In this document: positions 12,559 through 24,315 of the stretch, in pieces
How the letters are laid out: each line of letters begins with the position of its first letter
Position numbering within the stretch: the first letter of the stretch is position 1
Origin: Chiloscyllium plagiosum
Lineage: Eukaryota
Assembly (NCBI RefSeq): GCF_004010195.1
Contig: NC_057728.1
Coordinates: 44,358,358 to 44,402,619 of the forward strand
Direction of reading: 5' to 3'
Length of the DNA: 44,262 nt
Program-made: the position numbers and the translations under genes
The notes under the pieces: generated by a model
Seen by the model: only the letters and a program-made list of their open reading frames with translations
What the model was told of the DNA's origin: nothing
Databases searched by the model: none

Positions 12559-15500
12559 TTATATAAAAGCCCTTAATAGTGTGGCAAATAAATCTGTGTC
12601 CAGGTATTCCAAAAAGGGCTGCCATGCCTTATAAAAATTCTCAGGTTTGTGGTGTACCATATTTGTGAGAAAATCCACAAATATGTGCTCCATAACAATC
12701 TTCTGCCAACCCGACAGGCCTGGGGGTTTTTGGATACCCAACCTAGCAAGATATTCTTTCTTGCGCAGAAAGTGAGGACGTTGAAAAGTTGTTTTCTTAA
12801 GTGCATCTGCAGGGAACACACTGGACAGGCCAAGAAGAAGAGAGATCGTGTCCTTCTCCATCCTCACACCCAAAATCCTCTCTATTGCACCAACCACAGT
12901 CATCCAGTATGTTTGAAGCCTACCACAGGGCCAGAGACAATGGGTAAGAGTGCCTGTACAGACCTTGCTCTTGGAAGGTCTGTTGAAGATACCCCTGGTT
13001 TAAATTTTGATGAATGGTCTGAAGCCAAATGGATCCTGTGTAGAATCTTCAACTGTAAAGCATGGGTCCTATTGCAAATTGATATCTTTCTTGTGTTTTC
13101 CCAAATATCTTCCTATGCCTCTGAAGAGACCTCAACACTTAGCTCTCTCTCTCGCATCCTGCAATCGATCAAATAAAGTGCTGACAGAAAGTATACTCTT
13201 AGCACTGAGCACCCTCCTCTCTGTTGTAGGGATCAGTTAATAGTGTCGGCTTTTTTAAAATAAAATCCCTAACTTGAAAAAAAACCGAAAGAGGTCCTTG
13301 TTAGATAGCTGGTATTTCTGTGCTAACTGATCAAAATACATCATTATGTCTCCCTTAAATAAATTGCCCATGCAAGACACACCCCGAGCAGCCCAACATT
13401 TGAATCTATCATCCCTGGTTGAAAAGCTGGCATACCCACTATAGGTTAAGACAAGATGTTTTGCCAATATTGCCTTCCCTCTGCCGAATTGCCCTCCATG
13501 CTTTAACAGTATTGATAACTACTCAGTTATGGTAAAATTCCCTAACTGTCCTCATTTTGCCCAAAAGCAGCAAGCTAGTAAGGGGCATCTTGCTTGGAAG
13601 GTTTTGGCATCTAACTATATTGAAAAAGGGTCCACACAAGCCCAATCACTCATGTAGGATAAAAGCGAGCTTAGCTGGTAGCTTTTAATGCCCGGGAGAT
13701 CCACTCCCCCTAACCTGTGAGTTTAACTAATTTAATAAGGGGCCGCTTACGATGCCAAATAAAAGAGCTGAACCAGCCGTTCAGTCTCCTTAATGTTTGC
13801 TTATCGAAAATCAGGGGAGCATCCGTATCGGGTACAACAAATGGGGGAGAATATTCATCCTAATAAGAGCTATCCAACCCAACCCCGAGACCTGAAGCAC
13901 CTCCCATCTTTGAAGGTCTTGTTTGATTTTGTCAAATGATTGAACAAAATTAGCTTTGGCCAACCAATCAGAACTGGAGTAATGAATATGCCCAAATATA
14001 CAAAACCCCCCTGTGACCACTTAAATGGGAATCGATATTCTCCTCAAGACCTAACACTTTCGTAAGACCACCCATTGGCATAGCCTCTGATTTTGCAAGA
14101 TTAATCTTGGACCCTGAAAGGGCACCCAATGCACTGATGCATTGTATCAGGTGAGCACCGAAACTGCTAGATTTGACAAAAAAAAAGGACATTGTCTGCA
14201 TACAACAAAATCTTATGTAATTTTGACTCCACGTCCGGAGCTGATATACTGGGATCCCTACGAATGGCCTCCGCCAATGGTTCAATCACCAATGTAAAAA
14301 GCAATGGTAAAAGGGGACAGCCCTGCCAGCTGCCCCTAAAAATACTAAAATTGCTTGATCATGCCCCATTGGTGATGACCACAGCGAGAGGGTCACTGTA
14401 GAGAACCTTTACTCATCTTATAAGGACTTCGCCAAAGCCAAACTGCTCCAGAGTATAGAAAAGGTACGGCAACTCAACTTGGTCAAATGCCTTCTCTGCA
14501 TCTAGGGAAATCACCAATCCCTATATTGATTGTTGTTGAATTACATTATTGCAGGATATGCGGACCTGTATGAGGCCTGTCTGGTCGTCTTTAACAATAG
14601 AAGGTAACACAGTTTTCAGGCTTAATGCAGGAGTTTTAGAGAGGATTTTAAAGTCCACATTTAAGAGTGAAATAGGCCTATACATAGCACAGTCCGCCAG
14701 GACCTTTTTTTTTAAGAAAAAAGGGAAATATTGACCTCCCTCAGCTATGGCAGGAGACAATCATGGATGTATGAGTCATTAAACATCTTGAGAATCGGAC
14801 CTGACAATATGTTTATAAATTCCTTATAGAATTCGCTGGGAAGTCCATCAGGACTGGGTGCCTTTCTACTCTGAAGCTGCTTCACAGCTTCCTGCTCCTC
14901 TTGCTCTGATAAGGGAGCATTGAGAAAAGACTCTTGTTCAGGGTCATACCAGGGCCTCCACATTCTTGTAAAAAGACTCAATTTTGATCCTCCCCTCCTC
15001 ACAACCCTCAGATTAGTATAACTTAGAGTAAAATCTCTGGAATGCCACATTACCCTTTTTGGAGTCACATGTTATGTTCCCTAATCGTCGTAATGGCTTG
15101 AGGGGCACGCCTTTTCCTGGCGAGATATGCTAAGTATTTGCCTGACCTGTCACCATGCTCATATAACCTTTGCTTTGCGAAAGTAATCTCCTTCTTTGCT
15201 GTCTGCCTGAGCACGGAATTCAATGCAGACCGCAGCACCATAATCATCTGTAGCTTGACCAACGACGGCCTGTCAAAGTAATTCTTCTTAAATGTCTTCA
15301 ACCCTGCTTTGAGGAGACATTATTGCTCACCCTTCTGCCACTTCCTCCTGGCCGAGTAGGAAATAACTAACCTCCTGCTATAGGCTTTGGCGGTTTCCCA
15401 AAGGATGAATAGACTACTAACCGAGCCTGAGTTAATGTCTAGGAATGCCCAAAATTCCCAAGAGAAATTTATGACCCTTGAGAATAAAGGGATCCATTTA

Positions 15501-16259
15501 CCAGTGCCTCAGGCCCACTGTAATGTCCATAACCTTAACCAACAGGTACACTGGAGTGTGATCAGACATGATAATATTACCAATTGTACAAGATGCCACC
15601 AAGTCCAGGGTTCCCACAGGGGTCAGAAAAAAAAATCCTGGTGTGACATTTGTGTGGATTGGAAAACAATGTAAAATCCCTGCCTGTAGGGTGGAGATGC
15701 CTCCAGACGTCCATCAACCCTAACTTCAAACACAGATCCACTAATTGTTTAGTTTGGACTGGACTGAGGGTATTGGGGGGCCTTTGGGCAACCTGTCTAC
15801 CATGGGTTCCACAAGACAATTAAAATGTCCCCCTTTGATAATATGCCGAGACTCGAGACTGATCAATTTAGAAAAAGCATCTACCAGAAACTTGAGGGGA
15901 AAGGCAGTAAACATTTAAAACATCATATTATTCGCCATTTATCAGGGCTTTGAGAATTAAAACCTCTCCTGTGTGTCTTTAACACACTCTAGTAACTTAA
16001 ATGGGAGATTTCTCCCATTTAACCCATTTAACCAATATAGCCAACTCCCCTACTTCTGGTATGAAAAGATGCAAAGTTAACCCAATTAAAGCCATTCTGC
16101 TGTAGTTTCAAATGCTTCCTATCATCCAACTGTGTCTCCTGTTAACAAAGCAAAATCCACCTTCTCCTTTCTAATACTCAAAAGTACATTCTTCCTCTTA
16201 ATTAGTGAGTGACTCCCCTTGATGTTCCAGGTACACCATTTAATCAAGTCATTAGCCAT
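12559..16259 (-). pseudogene. L1 ORF2 (APE endonuclease + RT), frameshifted
   Basis: MANDLIKWCTWNIKG (APE start), KAPSPDGLPSEFYK, YRPISLLNVDFKIL, QGCPL..LLF, LYADNV (YADD decayed), WQPFLEYL C-terminus. Confidence 0.9.
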
Positions 16260-16913
16260 AACTTTGTGGTAACATTTAAATTCCAGAAAGGAGGAACTTG
16301 AACCACAAATCACTGAGCCTTAGTGTCACAAGATCTATTAAACATAAAGCAACATAAACTAAAACCACTACAGTTAACAAACCTACAAAGCTATCAAAGA
16401 CTATATACAGCAAAAACCAAAAAGCAAACCAACATATAAAGCGCCAATGGCACCAAATAGGGGAACTCATCCCCTGCCCAAAGGGGGCAACTACCCATCT
16501 CAAAACCCAATTTCCCATCCCACTGCCAAGACTGCAGTCCAGGCATTTGAATATCAGAAGTGGGTATAAACTGCCCATAAATCGGCATCTAGCCATCCCA
16601 ACCATTTTCTATCCTCCTAGCTAGAACTGCACTGCAAATACAAGCAGAAAAGGAAGAAAATACACCATGGAATAGCAATGTGAATAAAGAAACGCTTTTT
16701 TAAAAAAGGGGTAAATACCCCACCTATCCATTGGTATAACTTAGAAATTGAAAGTACACATCTCAACCACCACGAAACATAATTTAAACCAGATTATTAC
16801 CAATAAAAAAAAGGAAAAGACAGCCCCAATCGGACTTCCTCTGTTTATTTTTAGAGAAAAAACAAAGATATACCCAAACAACACTACTATTTGTACATAC
16901 TAAATTGTTCAGA

Positions 16914-17717
16914 TTACGTTAACTTGTCCACAAAGTCTCTTGCCTTCTCCGATGCGTCAAAGAGATGTACGAATCCATCTAAGGTGAATCGTAGTACTGC
17001 CAGATACTTCAGAGTACTGAATTCCAAGCTCCTTCAGTCTTCTCTTGACAGCGTCATAGGATTTTCTTTTCTGGATCACTGCAACTGAGAAGTCCTGGAA
17101 GAACATGATCTTAGAGCCCTCGTAATTCTGGAATCCCTGGATTCTGGAAGCTTCCATGATTCTCTACTTATCTCTACAATGATGAAACCGCACCAAGAGA
17201 GGACGAGGACGTTGATCCAGACCTGACCTCCGGGCCGCCACCCAGTGAGTCCTCTCGATCATCAATCCTCTCATTCCAGGTTCCCAGTTAAGGAATTTCA
17301 GCAACCAGCCCTCAATAAATTCCACTGGTCGCTCACCTTCCTTACCCTCCAGCAGACAGACTATCCGAATATTTTTTCTCCTGCCCCTGTTCTCAAGGTC
17401 ATCCACTTGATCATGCAAATTACGGACCTGCATGTCCAGGGCTTGGACCCTATCCTTGAGGAACTGGTATCAGCTTCCATCATTGTGACTCTGTATTCAA
17501 CCTCATCTGTCCTTTTTTCTAGGTCACCGAGCTGTTGCTCATGCTTCTGCAGCATGATAGGAGATAGAGGAGAAACTGGCCCCGATCTCTATCTACCCAA
17601 CATCTCGCGAGATTTTGCGAGCTCCTTCACGAGGGCCTGGTAGGTAATTGAGTCCAAGGATCCTACAGGCTGGGCTCCGGGCCAGGCCTTGGATGCTCCT
17701 CCTCCCTTCTTCCACAT
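16914..17717 (-). pseudogene. L1 ORF1 (coiled coil + RRM + CTD, Transposase_22-like), frameshifted
   Basis: DDLENRGRRKNIRIV, IERTHW..RPRPLLVRF, IMFFQDFS..KRKSY; start codon inferred. Confidence 0.88.
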
Positions 17718-17881
17718 CCCTGGACAACCAAAATGCAGGTAAGTTGATTTTCCACAATTTCCTGGGACTCCATGACCTTCCAGGGTCCCAGGATATTGCA
17801 ATGGTCCTGGTTGAGCGGGTTCGAAGTTCGACCCGCTTGTGCTGCAGTGCGGAGCTCTGCAACGCGATCCTCCTCAATCGT

Positions 17882-17891
17882 CGCCATCTTG
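17882..17891 (-). promoter_or_regulatory. YY1-type motif CAAGATGGCG at the L1 5' end
   Basis: The element begins TGGAGATCCAAGATGGCG, placing the YY1 consensus AAGATGGCG about 9 nt from the 5' end. Confidence 0.65.
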
Positions 17892-17910
17892 GATCTCCAA
17901 TCTACATTTT

Positions 17911-18070
17911 AATAGACATGCCAGATTCTATTAACGCAGAATTTCTACAGAGAATATATTTTGAACTTGAACATATAACCATTGAAAAGATCCTTAATTA
18001 CATAGATAATATCTTTTGTTTTACTAACCTGCGTCCAGATAAGAATTGCTTTGAGGGCTGGTTCTTTTGA
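17911..18070 (-). mobile_element. Probable upstream continuation of the Gypsy element beyond the L1
   Basis: Contiguous with 12237 once the L1 and one TSD are removed; motifs very decayed. Confidence 0.35.
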
Positions 18071-18236
18071 GCTATGTTAATGTACCTTAAATTAATTTTA
18101 AGATCAATTAAATGCTGTCTTACAAATTACATTGTTAGTATGTAAACCATGGTTGTGTAGACTTATTTTTAAAATAAGTAGTATGTTGTATTATTTATGC
18201 ACAGCAGACAAAAGACAGAGGTGCAAATTACCCAAT

Positions 18237-18400
18237 GACCCAGATTTTGCAGCAGTAATGGTGAAATTGTAAGCCATCAATGTCATTGCTTTTCTGAAGC
18301 TGACAGCAACATCTGCAATCTGTATGTGCACAGTTAAATGTGAAGATGCAGATAATGCTGTCAGGTGAATCTACACTTCTCCGTGGAGTACACAGCTGAA
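18237..18400. repeat. Hairpin-containing MITE-like relic
   Basis: CTGACAGCA..ATCTGCA / TGCAGAT..TGCTGTCAG inverted arms at about 18300-18364. Confidence 0.35.
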
Positions 18401-18518
18401 CTGCCCCAAGATTGCAATGAAACAGAAATCACTGAACTGAAACGATTTGTGCTTAAACATAGAATAAAAAAAAGTCATTCAGTCCCTCAAGCCTGCTCCA
18501 CCATTCAACAGGGTTTTT

Positions 18519-18759
18519 TATTTGATTCCCTACAGTGTGGAAACAGGCCCTTCGGCCCAACAAGTCCACACCGACCCTCCAAAGAGTAACCCATCGAGAT
18601 CCATTTCTGGCTGACTAACGCACCTAACCTATGGGCAATTTAGCATGGCCAATTCACCTGACCTGCACATCTTTGGGTTGTGGGAGGAAACCAGAGCACC
18701 CGAAGGAAACCCACGCAGACACGGGGAGAATGTGCAAACTCCACACAGACAGTTGCCCG
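18519..18759 (-). mobile_element. HE1-type SINE lacking its tRNA head, inside an old minus-strand CR1 tail
   Basis: Matches 3400-3630 in the same orientation; flanks 18455-18510 and 18790-18846 are CR1 tail sequence. Confidence 0.88.
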
Positions 18760-18847
18760 AGATCGGGTCTTGCCTGATCTTCTATTTCAGCACCATAGTC
18801 CTGCCCTCCCCATACCCTTGACATCATTGGCTTATAAAAATTTATCT

Positions 18848-19452
18848 TTCTTTATTGATCAATACATCAGAGTTGGGACAACATGTTACGGCTGTACGGA
18901 CATTAGTGAGGCTATTTTTAGAATACTGCATTCGATTCCCTCTTCTGTAAGTAGGATGTTGTTAAACTTGAGAGGATTCAGAAAAGATTTACAAGGGTAT
19001 TGCTTGGGTTGGAGAGTTAGAGCTGAAAGGAGAGGCTGAATAGGTTGGGGCCTTTTACTCTGGAGTGATGGAAACTGAGGGGTGAGGTTTATAAAATTAT
19101 GAGGGGCATGGATAGGGTGAATAGCCAAGATCATTTTCCTATGATAGGAGAGTCCAAAATTAGAGGACATGGATTTAAGGTGAGGGGGAAAGATTTAAAA
19201 AGGATCTGAGGGGCAACATTTTCATGCAAGGGGTGGTGAGTGTATTTAATTAGCTGCCAAAGGAAGTGGTGGAGGCTGTTACAATTACAACATTTAAGAG
19301 GCATCTGGAAGGGTATATAAATAGGAAGGGTTTAGAGGGATATGGGTCAAATGCTGGTAAATGGGATTAGATTAATTTAGGATAGCTGGTTGGTGAGGAC
19401 AAGTTGGACTGAAGACTCTCTTTCTGTGTTGTATAACTGTGACTCTATAACT
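18848..19452 (+). mobile_element. CR1/HER1 LINE 3' fragment
   Basis: LERIQKRFT, LRGEVYKIMRG, RGHGFKV; tail GTTGGACTGAAG..TGACTCTA. Confidence 0.88.
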
Positions 19453-19874
19453 TGGTCTCCACAGTCTTCTATGCTAAAGAACCATGATTCCTTTTTCAGG
19501 AGAAGTATGATCCTGAATCAAGTCTGGTCAGCCCCGTCTGAATGGTACATGTTTCAATGCAATCCCTTCTTATCATTCTAAGGTATCACATTGTCAATCG
19601 ATGCTAGTATATTGCCATGAATCCCATGCACTTTGATTTGGCACACTAACCTCTTAATGGAGCTTTCAGAATTTTCTGAAAATCCAAATGGATTGACAAT
19701 GTGTTAGCAGACAAGAAACAGCAAGAATAAATGACTTGTTTTTAGAGTGTGAACTGGTGACATGCTCATTGCTTGGGACCCAGCTATTCACAATATATCC
19801 TAAACGTTTGATTTTTGCATTAAAATTGAATATATGTAAGTTTATGATGAGACAGACTAAAGAATTGAGAGTGG

Positions 19875-20139
19875 TTCATTCATTCACAGGATAAGGGCAT
19901 CACTAGCTAGGCCAGCATTTATTGCTCATCCTTAACTTGCCCAAAAGAGTCAACCACATTGCTGTGGCCTGGAGTCACATGTAGGCCAGGCCAGGTGAGG
20001 ATGGCAGTTTCTTTCACTGAAGATCATTAGTGAACCAAATAGGTATTTCCAACAATTGACAATGGTTTTTATGGCCATCAGTAGATTCTTAATTCTAGAT
20101 TTTCGTTGAATCCACAATCTGCCATGACAGGATTTAAAT
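19875..20139 (-). mobile_element. Second SINE-like family with ATGA-repeat tail
   Basis: Minus strand has a B-box remnant GATTTAAATCC and ends GCAATAAATGCTGGCCTAGC...GTGAATGAATGAA; family name uncertain. Confidence 0.55.
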
Positions 20140-20642
20140 CTGAAGAGGTTCAGAAAAAAATTACAAAGATATTGCCAGGGTTGGAGGGTTGGAGGTATAG
20201 GAAGAGGCTGAATAGGTTGGGCCTATTTTCTCTGGAGTGTCAGAGACTGAGGTAAACCTTATAAATCTTGTAGAGGTTTACAAAATCATAAGGGACGTGG
20301 ATAGAGTGAATAGTCAAGGTCTTTTTCCCACGATAGGAGAGTCCAAAACTAGAGAACATAGGTTTAAGATGAGAATGGAAAGGTATCAAAGGGATCTAAG
20401 GGGCATCTTTCTCATGCAGAGGGTGGTGCATGTATGGAATGAGTTGCCAGAGGAAGTGGTGGATGCTGGTTCAATTACAACATTTAAAAGGCTCCTGGAT
20501 CAATATATGAATAGGAAGGGTTTAGAGGGATATGAGCCAAATGCTTGCAAATGGGACTAGACTTATTTAGGATATCAAATCGGCATGGACTAGTTGGATC
20601 GAAGGTCTGTTTCCATGTTGTACATTTCTATGACTCAATGAC
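20140..20642 (+). mobile_element. CR1/HER1 LINE 3' fragment
   Basis: ORF 20237-20560: LVEVYKII..FLMQRVVHVWNELPEEVV; ATGACTCT-type tail. Confidence 0.9.
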
Positions 20643-21376
20643 ATGTACTGGTTCTCCCTCAACTTTTCTATCTGTTCGGTCCTCTAAACTCTAGTAGGTT
20701 TATCAAATGCAATTGTCTTTTTATAAGTCCATATTCACTTTCTGTAATCTCATTGGCATTTTCTAAATGCCGTGTTAATACATTCTTTATATCGACTCCA
20801 GTATGTTCCCTACATTGATGTTAAACGAACTGGTCTGTAATTCCTAGTTTTCTCCCTTTGTTTTTAAATAGCACAGTTACATTTGACACCTACCAATGTT
20901 GGAACTGTTTCAGAATCTACAGAATTTTGGAAGACAACAGTAATGCATGTACTATTTCAAAGGTAACCTCTTTTAATATGTGGATAAGTAATGTGGATAA
21001 ATGTATGGTTATCCACTTTGGTGACAAGAACAGGAAGGCAGATTACTACCTAAATGGAATCAATTTAGGTAAAGGGCAGTACAAAGAGATTTGGGTGTTC
21101 TTGTACACCAGTCAATAAAGGCAAGCATGCAGGTACAGCAGGTAGTGAAGAAGGCTAATAGCATGCTGGCCTTCATAACAAGAGGGATTGAGTATAGAAG
21201 CAAAGAGGTTCTTCTGCAGCTGTACAGGGCCCTGGTGAGACCACACCTGGAGTATGGTGTGCAGTTCTGGTCTCCGACTTTGAGGAAAGACATTCTGGCT
21301 ATTGAGGGTGTGCAGCGTAGGTTCACGAGGTGAATTCCTGGAATGGCGGGACTACCTTATGCTGAAAGACTGGAGT

Positions 21377-21467
21377 CTGGATCAGTGGTGCTGGAAGAGC
21401 ACAGCAATTCAGGCAGCATCCAAGGACAGGCAAAATCGACGTTTCGGGCAAAAGCCCTTCATCAGTC
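21377..21467 (-). mobile_element. 91-bp Penelope-tail insertion (family A) with 15-bp TSD, inside CR1
   Basis: TSD CTGAAAGACTGGAGT at 21362-21376 and 21468-21482; the insert is the reverse complement of 61-149. Confidence 0.92.
21438..21465 (-). ncRNA. Intact minimal hammerhead core (family A)
   Basis: CTGATGA-A-GGGC-TTTT-GCCC-GAA-ACGT-C: all core nucleotides present, palindromic helix III, GUC triplet; helix I is missing at this locus. Confidence 0.75.
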
Positions 21468-23143
21468 CTGAAAGACTGGAGTGACTGGGCTTGTATACCC
21501 TTGGGTTTAGAAGACTGAGAGGGGATCTGATTGAGACATATAAGATTATTAAAGGATTGGACAGTCTGGAGGCAGGAAACATGTTTCCGCTGATGGGTGA
21601 GTGCCGAACCAGAGGACACAGATTAAAAATACGGGGTAGACCATTTAGGACAGAGATGAGGAGAAACTTCTTTGCCCAGAGAGTGGTGGGTGTGTGGAAT
21701 GCTCTGCTCCAGAGGGCAGTGGAGGCCCAGTCTCTGGATTCATTTAAGAAAGAGTTGGATAGAGCTCTCAAGGATAGTGGAATCAAGGGTTATGGAGGTA
21801 AGGCAGGAACAGGATACTGATTAAGGATGATCAGCCATGATCATATTGAATGGTGGTGCAGACTCGAAGGGCAGAATGGCCTACTCCTGCACCTATTGTC
21901 TATTGTCTAATATCTGAGGATGCAGATTATCAGGCCCTGGGGATTTATCATCTTTCAGTCCCATTAAATTTCTCTCGCACTTCTTTTTACTAATGCTAAT
22001 CTCCTTCAATCACTTTTCCCAAAAGACACTTGTTTTCCTTGCATTTTTTGGAAGTCATTGATCTTCTCCAAAGACAGAATTAAATTAGTTGTTAAATTGC
22101 TCTGCCATTTCCTTGTTCTCCAGTATCAGCATTCCCAGTAGCAGACTGTAAGGGGCCTACATTTTTGACCACTAATCTCTTTCTTCAGAATTTTATATGA
22201 GGATTTATCATCTGCTTTTATGTGTCTTGCAAGTTTACTCTCATACGTGATTTTTCCCCTGAAAACCAACATCTTGATCCTCCTTGGCTGAATTCTAAAC
22301 TGCTCCTTGTCTTCAGGCTTTCTACTTTTTCCTAGCAACTTTATATGACTCCAGTTTGCATTTAATTCCATCCTCCATTTCTTTTGTTAACTGCAGTTTG
22401 ACCAATTTTTCTGTTGTGTTCTTTCACCCAAAATGAATGTTCATCTGTTATGATATGCATATGTTCCTTAAATACTAACCAATACCTATCAATTCTCTTG
22501 TGATTATATCCTACCTATTAATTACTGGGGAAAAAGGTTTCTCTGGAGGATGCAGTGGGGTCCAGGTTCTTGGCACCCAGGAGTGACTCACTCAGAAACA
22601 GGCTTTCTTATCTCTTGGCCTCTTTGTTAATGTCTAGAACCATTCTGTTGTGAATGAGGAAAGAAGTTTCCAAATTCCTTCAACAACAATGTACTTCACT
22701 TAGCCATAGCTAATGCAAGTTCCATGATTGTAATATTGTTAGTTGGGGAATGTATGTTCAACTGGGAGTGATTCAAGAAGTTAACAAGACCAGGGCTCAA
22801 GTTCTGTCTGCTCCGGAAGTGTATCAGGAGATCCGTGAACAGGTAGAATCAAAAATATTTTTAAAAAAGAACCATATGGTCTAAAACTGGCAGGTCAAGT
22901 GACAAATTAATTTTCATATCAGCACCAATGGACTTTCAGAGGTGAATTTTCTAACCTTAATATTTTGATTGAAGATTTGACAATGTTGGGGCTCAATGCA
23001 GCTGTATCAGGGGATAATAGGTGATCAGAACAACTTCCAGATAGGAGTGTCAGCTGCAAAATAAGCAGGACCTCCACTGCTGAATGGACCAGTCATGGCC
23101 GTTGGATCCAGATTGTTAGTGTAAGGTGTCACTGAATATGGTA

Positions 23144-23355
23144 GTCATGATTTGGAGATGCCGATGTTGGTTTGGGATGTACCAAGTTAAAAATCACACA
23201 ACACCAGGTTATAGTCCAACAGGTTTAATTGGAAGCACTAGCTTTTGGAGCGCTGCTCCTTAATCACAACCACCTGATGAAGGAGCAGCGCTCTGAAAGG
23301 TCGTGCTTCCAATTAAACCTGTTGGACTATAACCTGGTGATAGTGTGATTTTTTA
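23144..23355. mobile_element. Palindromic Penelope-tail insertion (family B) with 13-bp TSD
   Basis: Inverted arms 23185-23266 and 23275-23358 with an 8-bp spacer; TSD ACTGAATATGGTA at 23131-23143 and 23356-23368. Confidence 0.9.
23274..23302 (+). ncRNA. Minimal hammerhead core (family B); mirror copy on minus strand at 23238-23266
   Basis: CTGATGA-A-GGAGC-AGC-GCTCT-GAAAGGTC. The mirror copy reads TGATTA-A-GGAGC-AGC-GCTCC-AAAAGCTA; together they suggest ancestral GAAAGCTA. Confidence 0.65.
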
Positions 23356-23439
23356 ACTGAATATGGTATCATTCAAATGCCCATAAATCTACATTACAGC
23401 ATAGTGATGTCAATACTTGTTTTTCAGCAAGTCGATCCG

Positions 23440-23900
23440 CATCATAACTTTTCAGCAGTGTTAAAGTAGGCAAAGAATGTCTCTGCCAATACTTGAGAAA
23501 GGAAATAATAGCATTAGAGACAATTTGGAGAAGGTTCACTTGATTCATTCCTGAAATAAAGGCATTATCTTGTGTGGAAAGATTGGATAGGTTGGGTCCA
23601 TTGGAATTTAGAAGATTGCGAGGTGATCTTATTGAAACAAATTAGGTCCTGAGGGAACTTGACAAGGTGAATGCTGACAGGATGTCAGAGAGACTAGAAC
23701 TAAGGGACACAGTTTTAAAAAAATTAGTGATCTCCCATTGAAGATGAGGATGAGGAAGCTTTTCATTCTCTCACTGGCTCATTGGTCTGTGGAATTCTCT
23801 TCTGCAGAGAACAGAAGGCATAAGGTAATTGAATATATTGAAGGCTGAGTTCGATTTTTGATTGCCAATGAGCTTATTACATGGTGTAACAGGCTTGTGA
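23440..23900 (+). mobile_element. Old CR1 3' fragment
   Basis: LEFRRLRGDLIET motif and GLWNSLLQR. Confidence 0.7.
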
Positions 23901-24129
23901 AACCAAATGTTCTGCTGCCAATTCAAACGAATACCATCCTTAGGTCACTTTATGAATGATGAAATGTATTGAACATCCTTTTTGTTTCATACCTCTGTAC
24001 ATTTGCGTGTGGATGGATATCCCTAACTGATTTTCAGAGTCTCATTCTTCCTGATTACTGTTAAGCAGCTATTACTAATTAGAATCATTACAATGTCTTA
24101 ATCCATAAGAATTGATTTCTGTGCAAACT

Positions 24130-24315
24130 TGTAAATAATGAGGGATAGGAAATATCCAGCTGGCTTCTTTATATCCATTTGCCAACCAATGAGCACACGC
24201 CTTTCAAACAATATCCAATGTTATTTCCCTTTGCTTTTTATTTGTGAACTGTCCTGATGAGAGCAAAATGCAAAGTTTCATCAAATTGTATCTTTATTCA
24301 GCAAAACCCAAGTTT
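24130..24315 (+). mobile_element. Possible old Penelope tail with decayed HHR box
   Basis: TGAACTGTCCTGATGAGAGC at 24244-24263; the GAAA box is not intact. Confidence 0.3.

Larger units (their letters stand above)
12248..17899 (-). mobile_element. Full-length (~5.65 kb) decayed L1-clade LINE with 11-bp TSD
   Basis: TSD ATCTACATTTT at 12237-12247 and 17900-17910. Layout is 5'UTR, ORF1, spacer, ORF2, 3'UTR with AATAAA and an A-rich end. Confidence 0.95.
20980..21907 (+). mobile_element. Young 5'-truncated CR1 LINE, 6-bp TSD TAATAT
   Basis: LYRALVRPHLEYGVQFWSP and FRTEMRRNFFAQRVV; CTATTGT tail repeats; TAATAT at 20974-20979 and 21908-21913. Confidence 0.93.
20645..22480 (-). mobile_element. 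Old antisense CR1 ORF2 fragment hosting a younger CR1
   Basis: Minus pieces YESKLARHIK..KSSYK, KSPGPD and GENxELQTSS; the two halves join across the TAATAT duplication. Confidence 0.7.

Noticed and set aside
12649..13176. 175-aa plus-strand ORF
   Set aside because: Antisense to L1 ORF2 with no independent support.
17900..18070. Plus-strand peptide MPDSINAEFLQR..LNYIDNIF resembling a Gypsy RT core
   Set aside because: The host Gypsy is on the minus strand and already has its RT core at ~11650-11800; the resemblance is probably chance.
23185..23358. Long hairpin as a miRNA precursor or DNA-transposon MITE
   Set aside because: The arms match tail sequence also found unpaired at 6335 and 42288, and the 13-bp TSD encloses an asymmetric unit.
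24254..24280. CTGATGA as a functional hammerhead
   Set aside because: No intact GAAA box or helix II; at most a decayed relic.
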